Source: Leptolyngbyaceae cyanobacterium
GTDB lineage: Bacteria; Cyanobacteriota; Cyanobacteriia; Phormidesmidales; Phormidesmidaceae
Direction: 5' to 3'
Assembly (NCBI GenBank): GCA_965263355.1
Contig: CBDHHL010000025.1
Location: 64,001 to 128,000, forward strand
DNA: 64,000 nucleotides
Shown piece after piece: positions 13,513 through 22,712 of the stretch. Numbering within the stretch: the stretch's first letter is position 1; each line of letters opens with the position of its first letter. Under the pieces are notes generated by a model. That model did not search any database. It was not told the DNA's origin and saw only the letters and a program-made list of their open reading frames with translations. Position numbers and translations under genes: made by a program.

Positions 13513-13983
13513 GATTCCCGCCGTTCCACACCTATCGTGCATTGGTGATACTCGGGCATCCTTGCGAACAATATTGGATACTTATAAGGGCGCAGGTATT
13601 CAAAATATTGTCACCTTGAGAGGCGATCTGCCTAACGATATGGATGATGTGGCTAATGAGTTTCACTACGCCGATGAGTTGGTCACGTTTATTTGTCATA
13701 TGAACGGCTAGCTCGATTTAGCCGCATGTGTGGGGCACAAATTCCCCAATGGATTGAAAATCGCCTGCTTGATTATCAAGATGATCCGTCAGGGTTACAG
13801 GCCTTTGGGTTAGATGTGGTTACCCAGCTATGTGAAAAGTTAATAGCGCTGAGTGCACCTGGATTTCATTTTTATACGTTGAATCAGGCAACGCCTACCC
13901 TAAAAATTCTAAAAAATCTGGGGTCTACGGCATCCCATAAACCTGACTCAAACATAGCGTCAGAAAAGCTTTTAGCTTATTAA
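13513..13983 (+). pseudogene. metF: metF duplicate fragment with a 232-bp internal deletion
   Basis: 13513-13698 matches 11102-11287 and 13699-13983 matches 11520-11804 (near-identical, last ~60 nt diverged). Confidence 0.95.
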
Positions 13984-14096
13984 GAAGTATTTTAAGAACC
14001 AGGAAAAATAACGCTCAACTTCAGTCTGCGTTGAGAATAGGCATACAGTATCTAAAATTTGACCAAACGGAGCCTGGTACTTCATCACGTATAGTT

Positions 14097-15578
14097 TCAA
14101 TTGAGCGTTTTTAATTTCTGTACACCCAGTAGGCAACTTAACCCATAGACTAGAAAGCCCGCGAGCATTCCTGGTAAAACCTCATAAATTGCTGCTGATA
14201 AGTTAAACCAGCTCCACAATGCCGCTGCAACAATCCCCATAGCCATCATGCTGACCCCGACTAGCGGCTGAACGGGCAATTTCCAGACCCGCAGCATTAA
14301 TATAGGCCCTAAGCCAGACCCCAGGGCCGACCAGGCAAAAAAGCCCAGGGCAATCAAATTTTTATCACTGGCTAGTGCGATCGCAAGAACAATTGCTGTG
14401 ACAATTAGCGTTCCAACTTTCACTAACCGGTAAGATTTGCCCATCGCAGGGAACAGATCTTGAGTCAGGGCTGCCGAGCAAGATAGAATCTGCGAATCCG
14501 CCGTTGAGATTACCGCTGAGAATATTCCTGCCAAAATAACTCCGATCAGCAGCGCAGGCAGTAAATCAATGGCCAGCTGTGGAAATGCTAGAGTTGGGTC
14601 ACCATTAGCCTTAATGAGATCAGGAAGTAAAACTCGAGCCGCTAGACCAACAACTAGTGCAGACGCAGAAAAGAATACATAGGAGATAGCATAGATATTA
14701 CGAACCAGTCCGATATGGTCAGGAGCATCGACAACCATTGCCCTCACCATAATATGCGGTTGACCAACGACACCAACCCCAGCAACAATCCAGCTGAGCA
14801 AAAATAATCCAAATCCATACTTAAGGTCTTGTGGAATAACATCAATTAAGATGGGGTCAATAGCGCCTAACTGTTGCCACATGCCGCTAAAACCACCACA
14901 GGTATGTAAGGCAACGCCCGTTAAGAGAAACATAGCTACTACCATCACAATTGACTGTACGGCATCGGTCCAAATAGAAGCACGGATGCCACCAGCAAAG
15001 CAGTAAGAAACAACAATGACTGTGCCGATAAGAACACCTAAATTATCGTTAAACCCAAAAATAGCGTGTAATGCTTTGCTTCCTGCTAACAGTTGTGTAG
15101 CAGCGTAGGTGCCCAAAAACGCAATTGTAATTACGGCAGCAAGCATTGCCACAGGGTTCTGCTCTTTACTATTTTGGGATAGAAAACTACCAATAGTTGT
15201 AGAGTCAGTTTCTTCTGAGACAATCCGTAAGGGTTATAGAAAGCTACCAATAGTTGTAGAGTCAGTTTCTTCTGAGACAATCCGTAAGGGTTTGTGAATA
15301 AAAAACCAAGTTATATAGTCTCCAAAAAACCAACCAAACAGCAACCAAAGACTTGAAATACCAAACTGATATGTGTACCCAATAACACCGATAAACATGG
15401 CACCGCTATGGGCAGTTGAGAACGTGGAAAGAGCCGTCATCCATGGGCTGACATCGCGACTGGCCAGTAAGTAATCTACTGTCGTATTCTGTCTATTAAC
15501 TGAAGAATACAGACCAACGCCAATAAATAATAAAAGAAAAATAGCAAAGCTTAGGGCAATGGCAAGTTGGTTTGGCAT
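14097..15578 (-). pseudogene. Sodium:solute symporter (SSS/PutP-like) interrupted by a premature TAA
   Basis: DYLLASR, GGIRASIWTDAVQ, GQPHIMVRAM, ISTADSQ; the two ORFs are in the same frame, split by a stop at 15234-15236. Confidence 0.9.
15179..15292. repeat. 57-bp tandem duplication (one mismatch) inside the symporter gene
   Basis: Units start at 15179 and 15236. Confidence 0.95.
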
Positions 15579-15715
15579 GACAAAACTTGTATTTAAAGAG
15601 CAAAAACTCGAACTGAACTAGTAAAATGAATATGATTTTTAACGCAAATTCGAATGATAGAATGCACTATCATCACAATTAGCGCAAGCAAAAAAAATAT
15701 TACTTAGAAATGTAA

Positions 15716-15737
15716 ATTTTACCAGGATTCTACTTTT
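15716..15737 (+). promoter_or_regulatory. Variant of the shared motif (ATTTTACCAGGATTCTACTTTT) between the divergent symporter and methyltransferase genes
   Basis: 20/22 match to 8148-8169; similar distance (~75 nt) to the downstream ATG. Confidence 0.55.
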
Positions 15738-15809
15738 TGTTGGTTAAGTGCCTAGTAATAGATAGGCAAAAGTGATGCAAAGATTTGAGTTTTCCTTACT
15801 ACTTAACAA

Positions 15810-16091
15810 ATGACTGACAACAAATACGCGGGTATTGCCAGCTATTACGATTTGTGGGTGACGTCTGGTTACTATGATTACCAAAGCTTGGCTCAGGAAA
15901 TTCATTCATATATTGGCAATGGTCACAATATTCTTGAACTGGGAGTCGGCACAGGACTATTGGTTGAAAAGTTCCTAGAAATTGACACCAGTTGCACATT
16001 CACAGGAGTCGATTTTGCTCCGTTAAAAAAAATGAGCGAACCACAAACTAATTTACAGGTTTTACCGAGATTTTACTTTTTTTTGCTCTAA
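15810..16091 (+). pseudogene. Truncated class I SAM-dependent methyltransferase
   Basis: Motif I ILELGVGTG and TGVDFAP, after which similarity to the fold ends; only 93 aa. Confidence 0.75.
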
Positions 16092-16180
16092 TGATTGATG
16101 TTAAAGATCAATCAAGTTGCTAATAACTGCGAAAACTAGGTAACGATTAGGAGGTTTTAGATCGTCGCAAATTATTAGAC

Positions 16181-17128
16181 ATGAATGTGATTGAGGAAGG
16201 CCAAGAACCAGTTCATCGAGTGGGTGCCACTAACGGTCTTGGTCAACAGCTTCCTTTCACACGACTGTTTTTGCCAATTGCCCGTATCGGTATACTTGTG
16301 CCGAAAAAAGCTGTTGATAAGACCCATTGCGCCATCCAAATTTTATTGCCCGGTACTGGTACTACATTTTCTGTAGCTGAGACCCTCTGTGATGTTGCTG
16401 GCACTTTCCATGGGCGCAAAAGCAAAAATCGGGGTGGCGGACGCAAGAGTAACCAAAGTTTAATCACCCAGGCTTTGCCAGATGGCCAAACATTTCGTGT
16501 CGCGTCTTTCCCCACCGATCTTCCCCTAAATGGCATGGGATCAGACGCTCCATTCGAATTTGCCAGTGAAGCAGGTTTAATGGCTGTATTACGCCATGTA
16601 CATTTGGTATTATCCCATCTCTATCCTGAACGCCCTGTGTTTATAGCAGGACGTAGCCAGGGGGGCATCGCTGCTATCTTATATGCCCAACATTATGATG
16701 ACTTGACTGGAGCGATCGCAGTCAATCCACCTCACCCCGACCCCGAGTTATTCAAGTTTACGGTTCAATATTTGGAAGATAAGGCCAAAGTGCTGGCCGA
16801 CTTGCTCCATGCCCCAGGAGTAACCCTACACAATCAGAGCTGGGAAGCATACAAAACGTTTACGCCGTCCTTTGACTATCCATCTAGGCCGTCACTTTCG
16901 TCTATTTTAACCCTAGTAAGTTTGGGCGATCCGTTTAACTTATTCCCCGAGTATGAATACGCCCAGAAGGAATTTGCGGATAAAGATGAAAAAAACCATT
17001 TGCACATCCTTGATGCGGGTCACAACCTTTGGGACAGGAAAGCAGAAGAGATGTATCAAAAAGTGATTAATTTACAAGCTGATTTCATGCTGGAGCAGAT
17101 CAGGGGACAAAAAGTATCTGATGATTAA
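16181..17128 (+). CDS. Alpha/beta-fold hydrolase
   Basis: Nucleophile elbow AGRSQGG, candidate Asp (GDPF) and His (AGHN). Confidence 0.75.
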   Translation: MNVIEEGQEPVHRVGATNGLGQQLPFTRLFLPIARIGILVPKKAVDKTHCAIQILLPGTGTTFSVAETLCDVAGTFHGRKSKNRGGGRKSNQSLITQALPDGQTFRVASFPTDLPLNGMGSDAPFEFASEAGLMAVLRHVHLVLSHLYPERPVFIAGRSQGGIAAILYAQHYDDLTGAIAVNPPHPDPELFKFTVQYLEDKAKVLADLLHAPGVTLHNQSWEAYKTFTPSFDYPSRPSLSSILTLVSLGDPFNLFPEYEYAQKEFADKDEKNHLHILDAGHNLWDRKAEEMYQKVINLQADFMLEQIRGQKVSDD

Positions 17129-17183
17129 TACTGTTGTCAGTGTTGTTTAAATACAGTTGTAATCCAAATTTCATAACAGAATA

Positions 17184-18731
17184 TCATCCTCGAATCACCA
17201 TAATTTGCCGTCCATTGGCTGTTTCGGTAATTTCTGTTGTGGTACGTTCTGCCAGCGGTGACAATCTTTCCCGTCGATCAAAAATCATCAACCAACCAGA
17301 CGACAATCCTAACCCCGCCAAATACTTATCCAACTGAACCAGGCCAGCCTTCAGCGGGTCCGGTCGTCCCGGTCGCCATACCTTTAGCTCAATACCCAGG
17401 GTGACTGCACCATAGCGCAAACACAGATCCATCCGATCTGTACCAATGGCATATTCTCTCTCTAGAGTCCCCTCACCATTGACCACCCTATGCAAAAAGG
17501 CCATCATCACCAAATGGGGCGCAATCTCATGGTACGGTGCACTCTTTAACAATGGTTGTCCATGCTGTCGCCAAAATGAAAGAAAGGCCGCCAACAATTT
17601 ATCCACATCCAACTGACCATCAGCCTGCAACCAGGTAGGGCTAATCTGCGGCAAACTATCCTGGGGACCGCTCGCCAGCATCCGGGGCAACACCTCCTGA
17701 TAAATTCGGTTGGCCACCACAATGCCCCCTTGAGACGAGCGACGCAGCAATCCCAAATCCACTAAATAGTCGCGATCATCTATAGGAACTTTGTTTAACT
17801 CCTGCCCTGCCATTAGGGGTTCAATCACCGCTCGAATCCGAGATTCTTCTAAGCGCTTGCTTAAGCTATCGAGATGAGTATCTCGTCGTTGAATCAACAC
17901 TTCCTTCGCTTGATGAATATGTTCCAGCGTGATGGTCGTCCGTTCATCGGGGACTATCACTTCCACCACCTGACGCGCCAGGGCATTCACCAGCCAAGGT
18001 TGACCATGGGTTAGCTCAAATGCCAAAGCAAGGGCCTCTGGAGTAAACTGTTGGCCTGTTTCAGCAGTATGTTGACGATACAGCTGTGCGACGTCCTCTG
18101 CACTGAAGTTACCCAAGGTAAATGACTCTACTTTTACATTAAACGGACTGGCCGTTTGCAAGCGCGTACTGCCGCCAGACGTTACTTTATAATCCCGCAC
18201 ATCGCGCATACCAATTAAGGCGAGGGAATGGGGGAAATTCCTGGGTCGTCGGGGATAGCCATCGCGTAATTGCCGCAATATCGAAATCAAGGCATCATCG
18301 GTCAGGGAATCGATTTCGTCAATAAAGAGGACTAGTGGCTTTGGACATGCCTGACACCAGGCTTGCAAAGCCGCGCCAATTTTGCTGCCTTCTACTTTAG
18401 GCCAGGGAGGCGGTTGCAGTTCTGGCGGTAACCATGCCCTGGCTGCCTGCCGCCAGGATTCTAAAATATACACCTCGGCCTTGTCTGGATTATGGCTAAA
18501 GGGTTGCCCCACTTCAGCCGAAACCATAATGGCTGCATAGTCACCTTGGGCGGTTAGCCGCTGCGCCAGGGCTAACATGGTGGTGGTTTTACCGGTCTGA
18601 CGGGGCGCATGGATAACGAAATAGCTTTCTTGGGCAATTAAACGATCTAAGGGGGGCAGCCGTTCGATTGCCGGTAGCATATAGTTTTTGTCTGGGCGGC
18701 AGGGTCCAGCGGTGTTAAACCATTTGGGCAT
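17184..18731 (-). CDS. AAA-like ATPase with PD-(D/E)XK domain (copy 2)
   Basis: Paralog of 11904-13454, with a near-identical central region. Confidence 0.85.
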   Translation of the reverse strand: MPKWFNTAGPCRPDKNYMLPAIERLPPLDRLIAQESYFVIHAPRQTGKTTTMLALAQRLTAQGDYAAIMVSAEVGQPFSHNPDKAEVYILESWRQAARAWLPPELQPPPWPKVEGSKIGAALQAWCQACPKPLVLFIDEIDSLTDDALISILRQLRDGYPRRPRNFPHSLALIGMRDVRDYKVTSGGSTRLQTASPFNVKVESFTLGNFSAEDVAQLYRQHTAETGQQFTPEALALAFELTHGQPWLVNALARQVVEVIVPDERTTITLEHIHQAKEVLIQRRDTHLDSLSKRLEESRIRAVIEPLMAGQELNKVPIDDRDYLVDLGLLRRSSQGGIVVANRIYQEVLPRMLASGPQDSLPQISPTWLQADGQLDVDKLLAAFLSFWRQHGQPLLKSAPYHEIAPHLVMMAFLHRVVNGEGTLEREYAIGTDRMDLCLRYGAVTLGIELKVWRPGRPDPLKAGLVQLDKYLAGLGLSSGWLMIFDRRERLSPLAERTTTEITETANGRQIMVIRG

Positions 18732-18778
18732 GGGGCTTACGAACGAATGACACGGTGCAGTGTAGCAACTATATCAAT

Positions 18779-18896
18779 GATTACTTAGGAGCGGGGGAAC
18801 GACTCGCGATCGCACCCGACAACTTACCCTAAACATCAATGCCAAAAGGATTCCTACCGTTATCCCCCTAGTCGGCATTAACGATACTTATACATC
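18779..18896 (+). pseudogene. Decayed metF fragment
   Basis: GGAGCGGGGGAACGACTCGCGATCGCACC..AATGCCAAA resembles metF ~11030-11150. Confidence 0.7.
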
Positions 18897-18984
18897 GCTA
18901 GTTAGCAGAGGTTTGAGCCTTACCACCGAGTCAGGGCAAGATTATGAGTAAAACGTATATTGAGCTGTTAAAGACTATTAATAA

Positions 18985-19128
18985 TACGACTTGGAAGGTT
19001 ACGAGTAGAGAAAAATAAAAGCCTTTATTTTCAAGGGTTTTGAAAGTCCGAAATTATCAGATTTTTGCTACTGCAGAACGTAATTGCGTCGTTTCAAATT
19101 TTCTTTCATGATAACCTTCCAAGTCGTG
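18985..19128. mobile_element. 144-bp MITE
   Basis: 16-bp perfect inverted repeats ACGACTTGGAAGGTTA (18986-19001 and 19112-19127), flanked by the 6-bp direct repeat TAATAA. Confidence 0.8.
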
Positions 19129-19152
19129 TAATAATCTGAGGATAGGCCACAC

Positions 19153-19174
19153 ATTTTACCAGGATTTTACATTT
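19153..19174 (+). promoter_or_regulatory. Shared motif ATTTTACCAGGATTTTACATTT upstream of mscS
   Basis: Identical to 8148-8169. Confidence 0.6.
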
Positions 19175-19359
19175 GTCTGCTTCAATGACTACCACCTGGG
19201 GGAAGTTAACCCAGTTTCCTCATTGAATCCAGTGAGGATCTGCCTGTTCTAAGTAATTTAAGCAGCGTTTTTGTCTCTCATTTGTGGCTGAGATAGTCAC
19301 CGGAGAGTACAGTTTTCTCGTAATTCGATTTAGCCACCATCTAAGAGACCTTTGGAGCA

Positions 19360-21249
19360 ATGCGTAAGTTCGTTATTCTAATTAAATTTCAAGCACTTGC
19401 GATCACAGGATGCCTTGCTTTGTTTGCGATCGCAGGCCCCCCTGCCCTATCCCAGGAAGGCGAAGCAGACGCAGACGCAGCAGTTGAAACTACTGTTGTG
19501 GAAGAAGTTGACCTAGAGGAAGAACCAACTGAACCCGCTTATGTAGCCGTCAGTGCTGATAATCCCGAAATTGCCACCCTGCAGCTGGAGCTACTGCTTA
19601 ATCCCCTAACAACTGACGAGCTTACCGTAGAGGCAGATGCATGGCTGCTGTTACTGCGACAGCGAGTGCAGTCCATTAGTGAATTAGAACTTTCGATTGA
19701 ACAGGAAAATGACATTATCAAGGTCAGACAAGAGGCTCTGGAACAGCTGGAAAAGGCTAAGGCTTCTAATGCACCCAAGTCTGAACTGGATGCCATTGAA
19801 CGTGAATTAAACAAGTTGAAAGCCCAGGCAACGGCTGCCCAGGCCGATCCGCGCTTTAAAGAGATTTTTACTGAAGCTAAGACAAATTATGCGATTGTTA
19901 CCGGGGACGATTTAGTTGCTCAGGCACGTAGTCAACTATCCTCAATTGAAGCGGATGAAGCAAGAGATAAGGCTACTTTCTTAATCACAGACCTGGAAAC
20001 AGCTCTTGGTAGTTACGAATTAGCCGAGTCTAAGCTAAACGAGCCTTTCTTTAGCGATCTCAGGTATGAAAAAGCTAGTGAGCTAGTTGAAGATCGAAAA
20101 GACAGAGTGACCAGGGCCTATAAAACTTTAGAAAACTCCCCCTTATTTACTCCCAGCTTAGCTAATGAGAATGTCCAAGAACAAATACGTGATCAGCTAA
20201 TTGCTCAAGCCACCGTTCTCGAAACTAGTCGCTCAAATCTGGTTACCAGAGTCCAACTGGTGCTCGATGAACTTGAGAAAAAAGGCGGAGATATTGAAGC
20301 CTATGACCGCTACATCAAGGCAATTAGCGGTCTAGATTTCGATGTCACTGATGCCCAAGGCGTCAGAATCAGGTTTATGACCTGGTTACAATCAGAAGAT
20401 GGGGGGGTTAGGCTAGGTCTTGGCTTATTAAAATTTGGCGGTATCCTTCTCGCCGCCTTTATTGTTGCTCCACGGGTTGGAAAGATATCAGATAAGCTGT
20501 TGAGTAAGGTTCAGGGGATATCTACACTCTTCCGTGAGTTTGCTGTCACGATGATCAAACGCAGCGTACTGGTCCTTGGTGGTTTTTTGGCGCTAGCTGC
20601 TCTAGGGGTAAACCTAGGCCCAATTTTAGCCGTTGTTGGTGGTGCCAGTTTTGTTTTAGCCTTTGCATTGCAGAGCAATCTGGGTAACTTTGCCAGTGGT
20701 TTAATGCTGTTGATTAGTAAGCCCTTTGACGTCGGTGATGAAGTTAAAGTGGCGGGCTACTGGGCCTATGTGGACTCTATTTCTTTGGCCAATACCAAAC
20801 TGAAAGACTTCGCTGGCAATATTATTACCCTCCCCAACAACACCGTATGGGGCGGTGATATCATCAACCATACTCACTCTGATATTCGCAAAGTGGGTCT
20901 TGGCATAAATGTCAAATTTACCCAGGACGTAGATCAACTGCAAGATATTTGGATGGCCATTACAAGTGCTCATCCCAAGGTCTTAAAGGATCCAGCACCT
21001 GGTATTTTTCCCTACAGTTCAACCTATGATTACAAAATGTGGGTTGGCTTAAATGCCTGGTCAAAAACAACTGACTTTTGGGGAGTTTATGTTGATTTGC
21101 TTAAAGCCTTGCAACGTAAATTAGACGAGAACAATATTGATCTGGCTGCTCCTGTACAGGAAATTAAGGTCGATGGTTCATCTGACGAGGCTGCAATAGC
21201 TGAGCTACCTATCCTAACTGAGGCATCTTCGGAAGTCATCATGAGCTAG
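19360..21249 (+). CDS. MscS-family mechanosensitive channel with a large N-terminal periplasmic coiled domain
   Basis: Signal-like N-terminus; LAFALQSNLGNFASG..KPFDVGDEV..LPN channel motif. Confidence 0.92.
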   Translation: MRKFVILIKFQALAITGCLALFAIAGPPALSQEGEADADAAVETTVVEEVDLEEEPTEPAYVAVSADNPEIATLQLELLLNPLTTDELTVEADAWLLLLRQRVQSISELELSIEQENDIIKVRQEALEQLEKAKASNAPKSELDAIERELNKLKAQATAAQADPRFKEIFTEAKTNYAIVTGDDLVAQARSQLSSIEADEARDKATFLITDLETALGSYELAESKLNEPFFSDLRYEKASELVEDRKDRVTRAYKTLENSPLFTPSLANENVQEQIRDQLIAQATVLETSRSNLVTRVQLVLDELEKKGGDIEAYDRYIKAISGLDFDVTDAQGVRIRFMTWLQSEDGGVRLGLGLLKFGGILLAAFIVAPRVGKISDKLLSKVQGISTLFREFAVTMIKRSVLVLGGFLALAALGVNLGPILAVVGGASFVLAFALQSNLGNFASGLMLLISKPFDVGDEVKVAGYWAYVDSISLANTKLKDFAGNIITLPNNTVWGGDIINHTHSDIRKVGLGINVKFTQDVDQLQDIWMAITSAHPKVLKDPAPGIFPYSSTYDYKMWVGLNAWSKTTDFWGVYVDLLKALQRKLDENNIDLAAPVQEIKVDGSSDEAAIAELPILTEASSEVIMS

Positions 21250-21381
21250 CTACAATTTGTAGTTTGTAAGTCCATTGGTTTACTATAAGTAGAGAACACT
21301 TTAGCTTCGTTTTTGAAAACCTCAAGCTAGAGAAGTCTTTAGAGTAACCCTTCAGGTAGACCATCTATATGCGTTTGCCAA

Positions 21382-21430
21382 TCTGAAAGTTCCCTGTTGC
21401 TATTATGTTTGGTTCTAGGGAACTTTCAGA
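21382..21430. terminator. 14-bp perfect inverted repeat (hairpin, possible terminator or operator)
   Basis: TCTGAAAGTTCCCT...AGGGAACTTTCAGA. Confidence 0.4.
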
Positions 21431-21494
21431 AATGAGGATCTTCTTAAAGCGCCGACGATAATACCGACAGCTTATATATTTTCAATGGCCCATC

Positions 21495-22613
21495 ATGAAT
21501 GTATTGCCGTCCTGCGCTTACTATCTCCGGCGAGTTCTCAAGCGCACTAATGACTCCCAAAATATTCCTGATCTCCTTCAGACTGTAAAGAATCGCCAGT
21601 ATGATCTAGAGGGGAGATTACATTTTCTTTATCCTAGCGAATACAGCTATGACAAGGTTATACTACATTTGGAGCAACTAATTTACTCTCATCAACATGC
21701 TCAGACTCATCGCGATCAAATAGCACTGCAAGATATTACCAGTCAAATTCTTTGGTGGCTAGGGTATGGTATGACCATTTATCCTGCTAATGCCAAGGTG
21801 TTTGTTGTTGATGACACAATAGAGACGCTTAAACTAGTCACTACACTGCTTGCCAAGGCTGGTTATAACACTGACAGTGCCCTCAATGGACAGCTGGCTT
21901 TGGCAAAGATACCGTCTCTTAATCCAAATCTAATTCTGTTGGATGTTAATTTGCCAGATATAGATGGCTATCAGGTTTACCAAAAACTACAGGAATCCTC
22001 AAAAACTGCCAATATTCCAGTTATTTTTCTCAGCGGTTTAGACAACATAGATACTGTTCCAAGCCATAGTCAACGTCAGGTAGGCTACTTGTCTAAACCC
22101 TTTAAACCCCATAGTCTGCTTAAATATGTAAACCGTTATCTTGAGGTATGTTCACCCAGTGAAACATTGACTGATGAGACACTTACCAATGAATTGAGAA
22201 GTCGGCAACACTATGCTCAGAAATTGATCTACTTGTCTGACGATCACCTCTTTAAAGATACAGAATTCTATAGCAGCGCTATAGAACCTACTTATTTCTT
22301 TCGGACAACGCTAGATGGTCGCTACTTAAGAGTGAGCCAAGCGTTTGCCCAACTATGTGGTTATGATTCTGCTGAAGATATGATCTCCAATGTGACCAAT
22401 GTATGGGAGCAGATTTATGATGGTGCAACGCATCAAAAGCAATGGAGTATATGTCTTCAATATCCTAATGAGCGCAAGACATTATCGGCAAAAATCAAAA
22501 CAAAGCAAAATCAGAACTTGAACATTACAGAAAGAATTTCTCTCTTCCAAGACAGTTATAATCGGAATCTCTTTTATGAGGGCTACATTTATTTAGAACG
22601 AGAGAATAGCTAA
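21495..22613 (+). CDS. Response regulator (REC plus PAS-like domain, no output domain)
   Basis: VVDD, LLDVNLP, SKPF; FRTTLDGRYLRVSQAFAQLCGY PAS-like segment. Confidence 0.85.
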   Translation: MNVLPSCAYYLRRVLKRTNDSQNIPDLLQTVKNRQYDLEGRLHFLYPSEYSYDKVILHLEQLIYSHQHAQTHRDQIALQDITSQILWWLGYGMTIYPANAKVFVVDDTIETLKLVTTLLAKAGYNTDSALNGQLALAKIPSLNPNLILLDVNLPDIDGYQVYQKLQESSKTANIPVIFLSGLDNIDTVPSHSQRQVGYLSKPFKPHSLLKYVNRYLEVCSPSETLTDETLTNELRSRQHYAQKLIYLSDDHLFKDTEFYSSAIEPTYFFRTTLDGRYLRVSQAFAQLCGYDSAEDMISNVTNVWEQIYDGATHQKQWSICLQYPNERKTLSAKIKTKQNQNLNITERISLFQDSYNRNLFYEGYIYLERENS

Positions 22614-22712
22614 GAAGATTAACTTCACGTGGTGTGATTCTTGAAATAGAAATGCACTTACCAATAGCAAAATCCTGTTCCCCCAATTTGATTCGGAAGC
22701 CTCGAATCTTCA

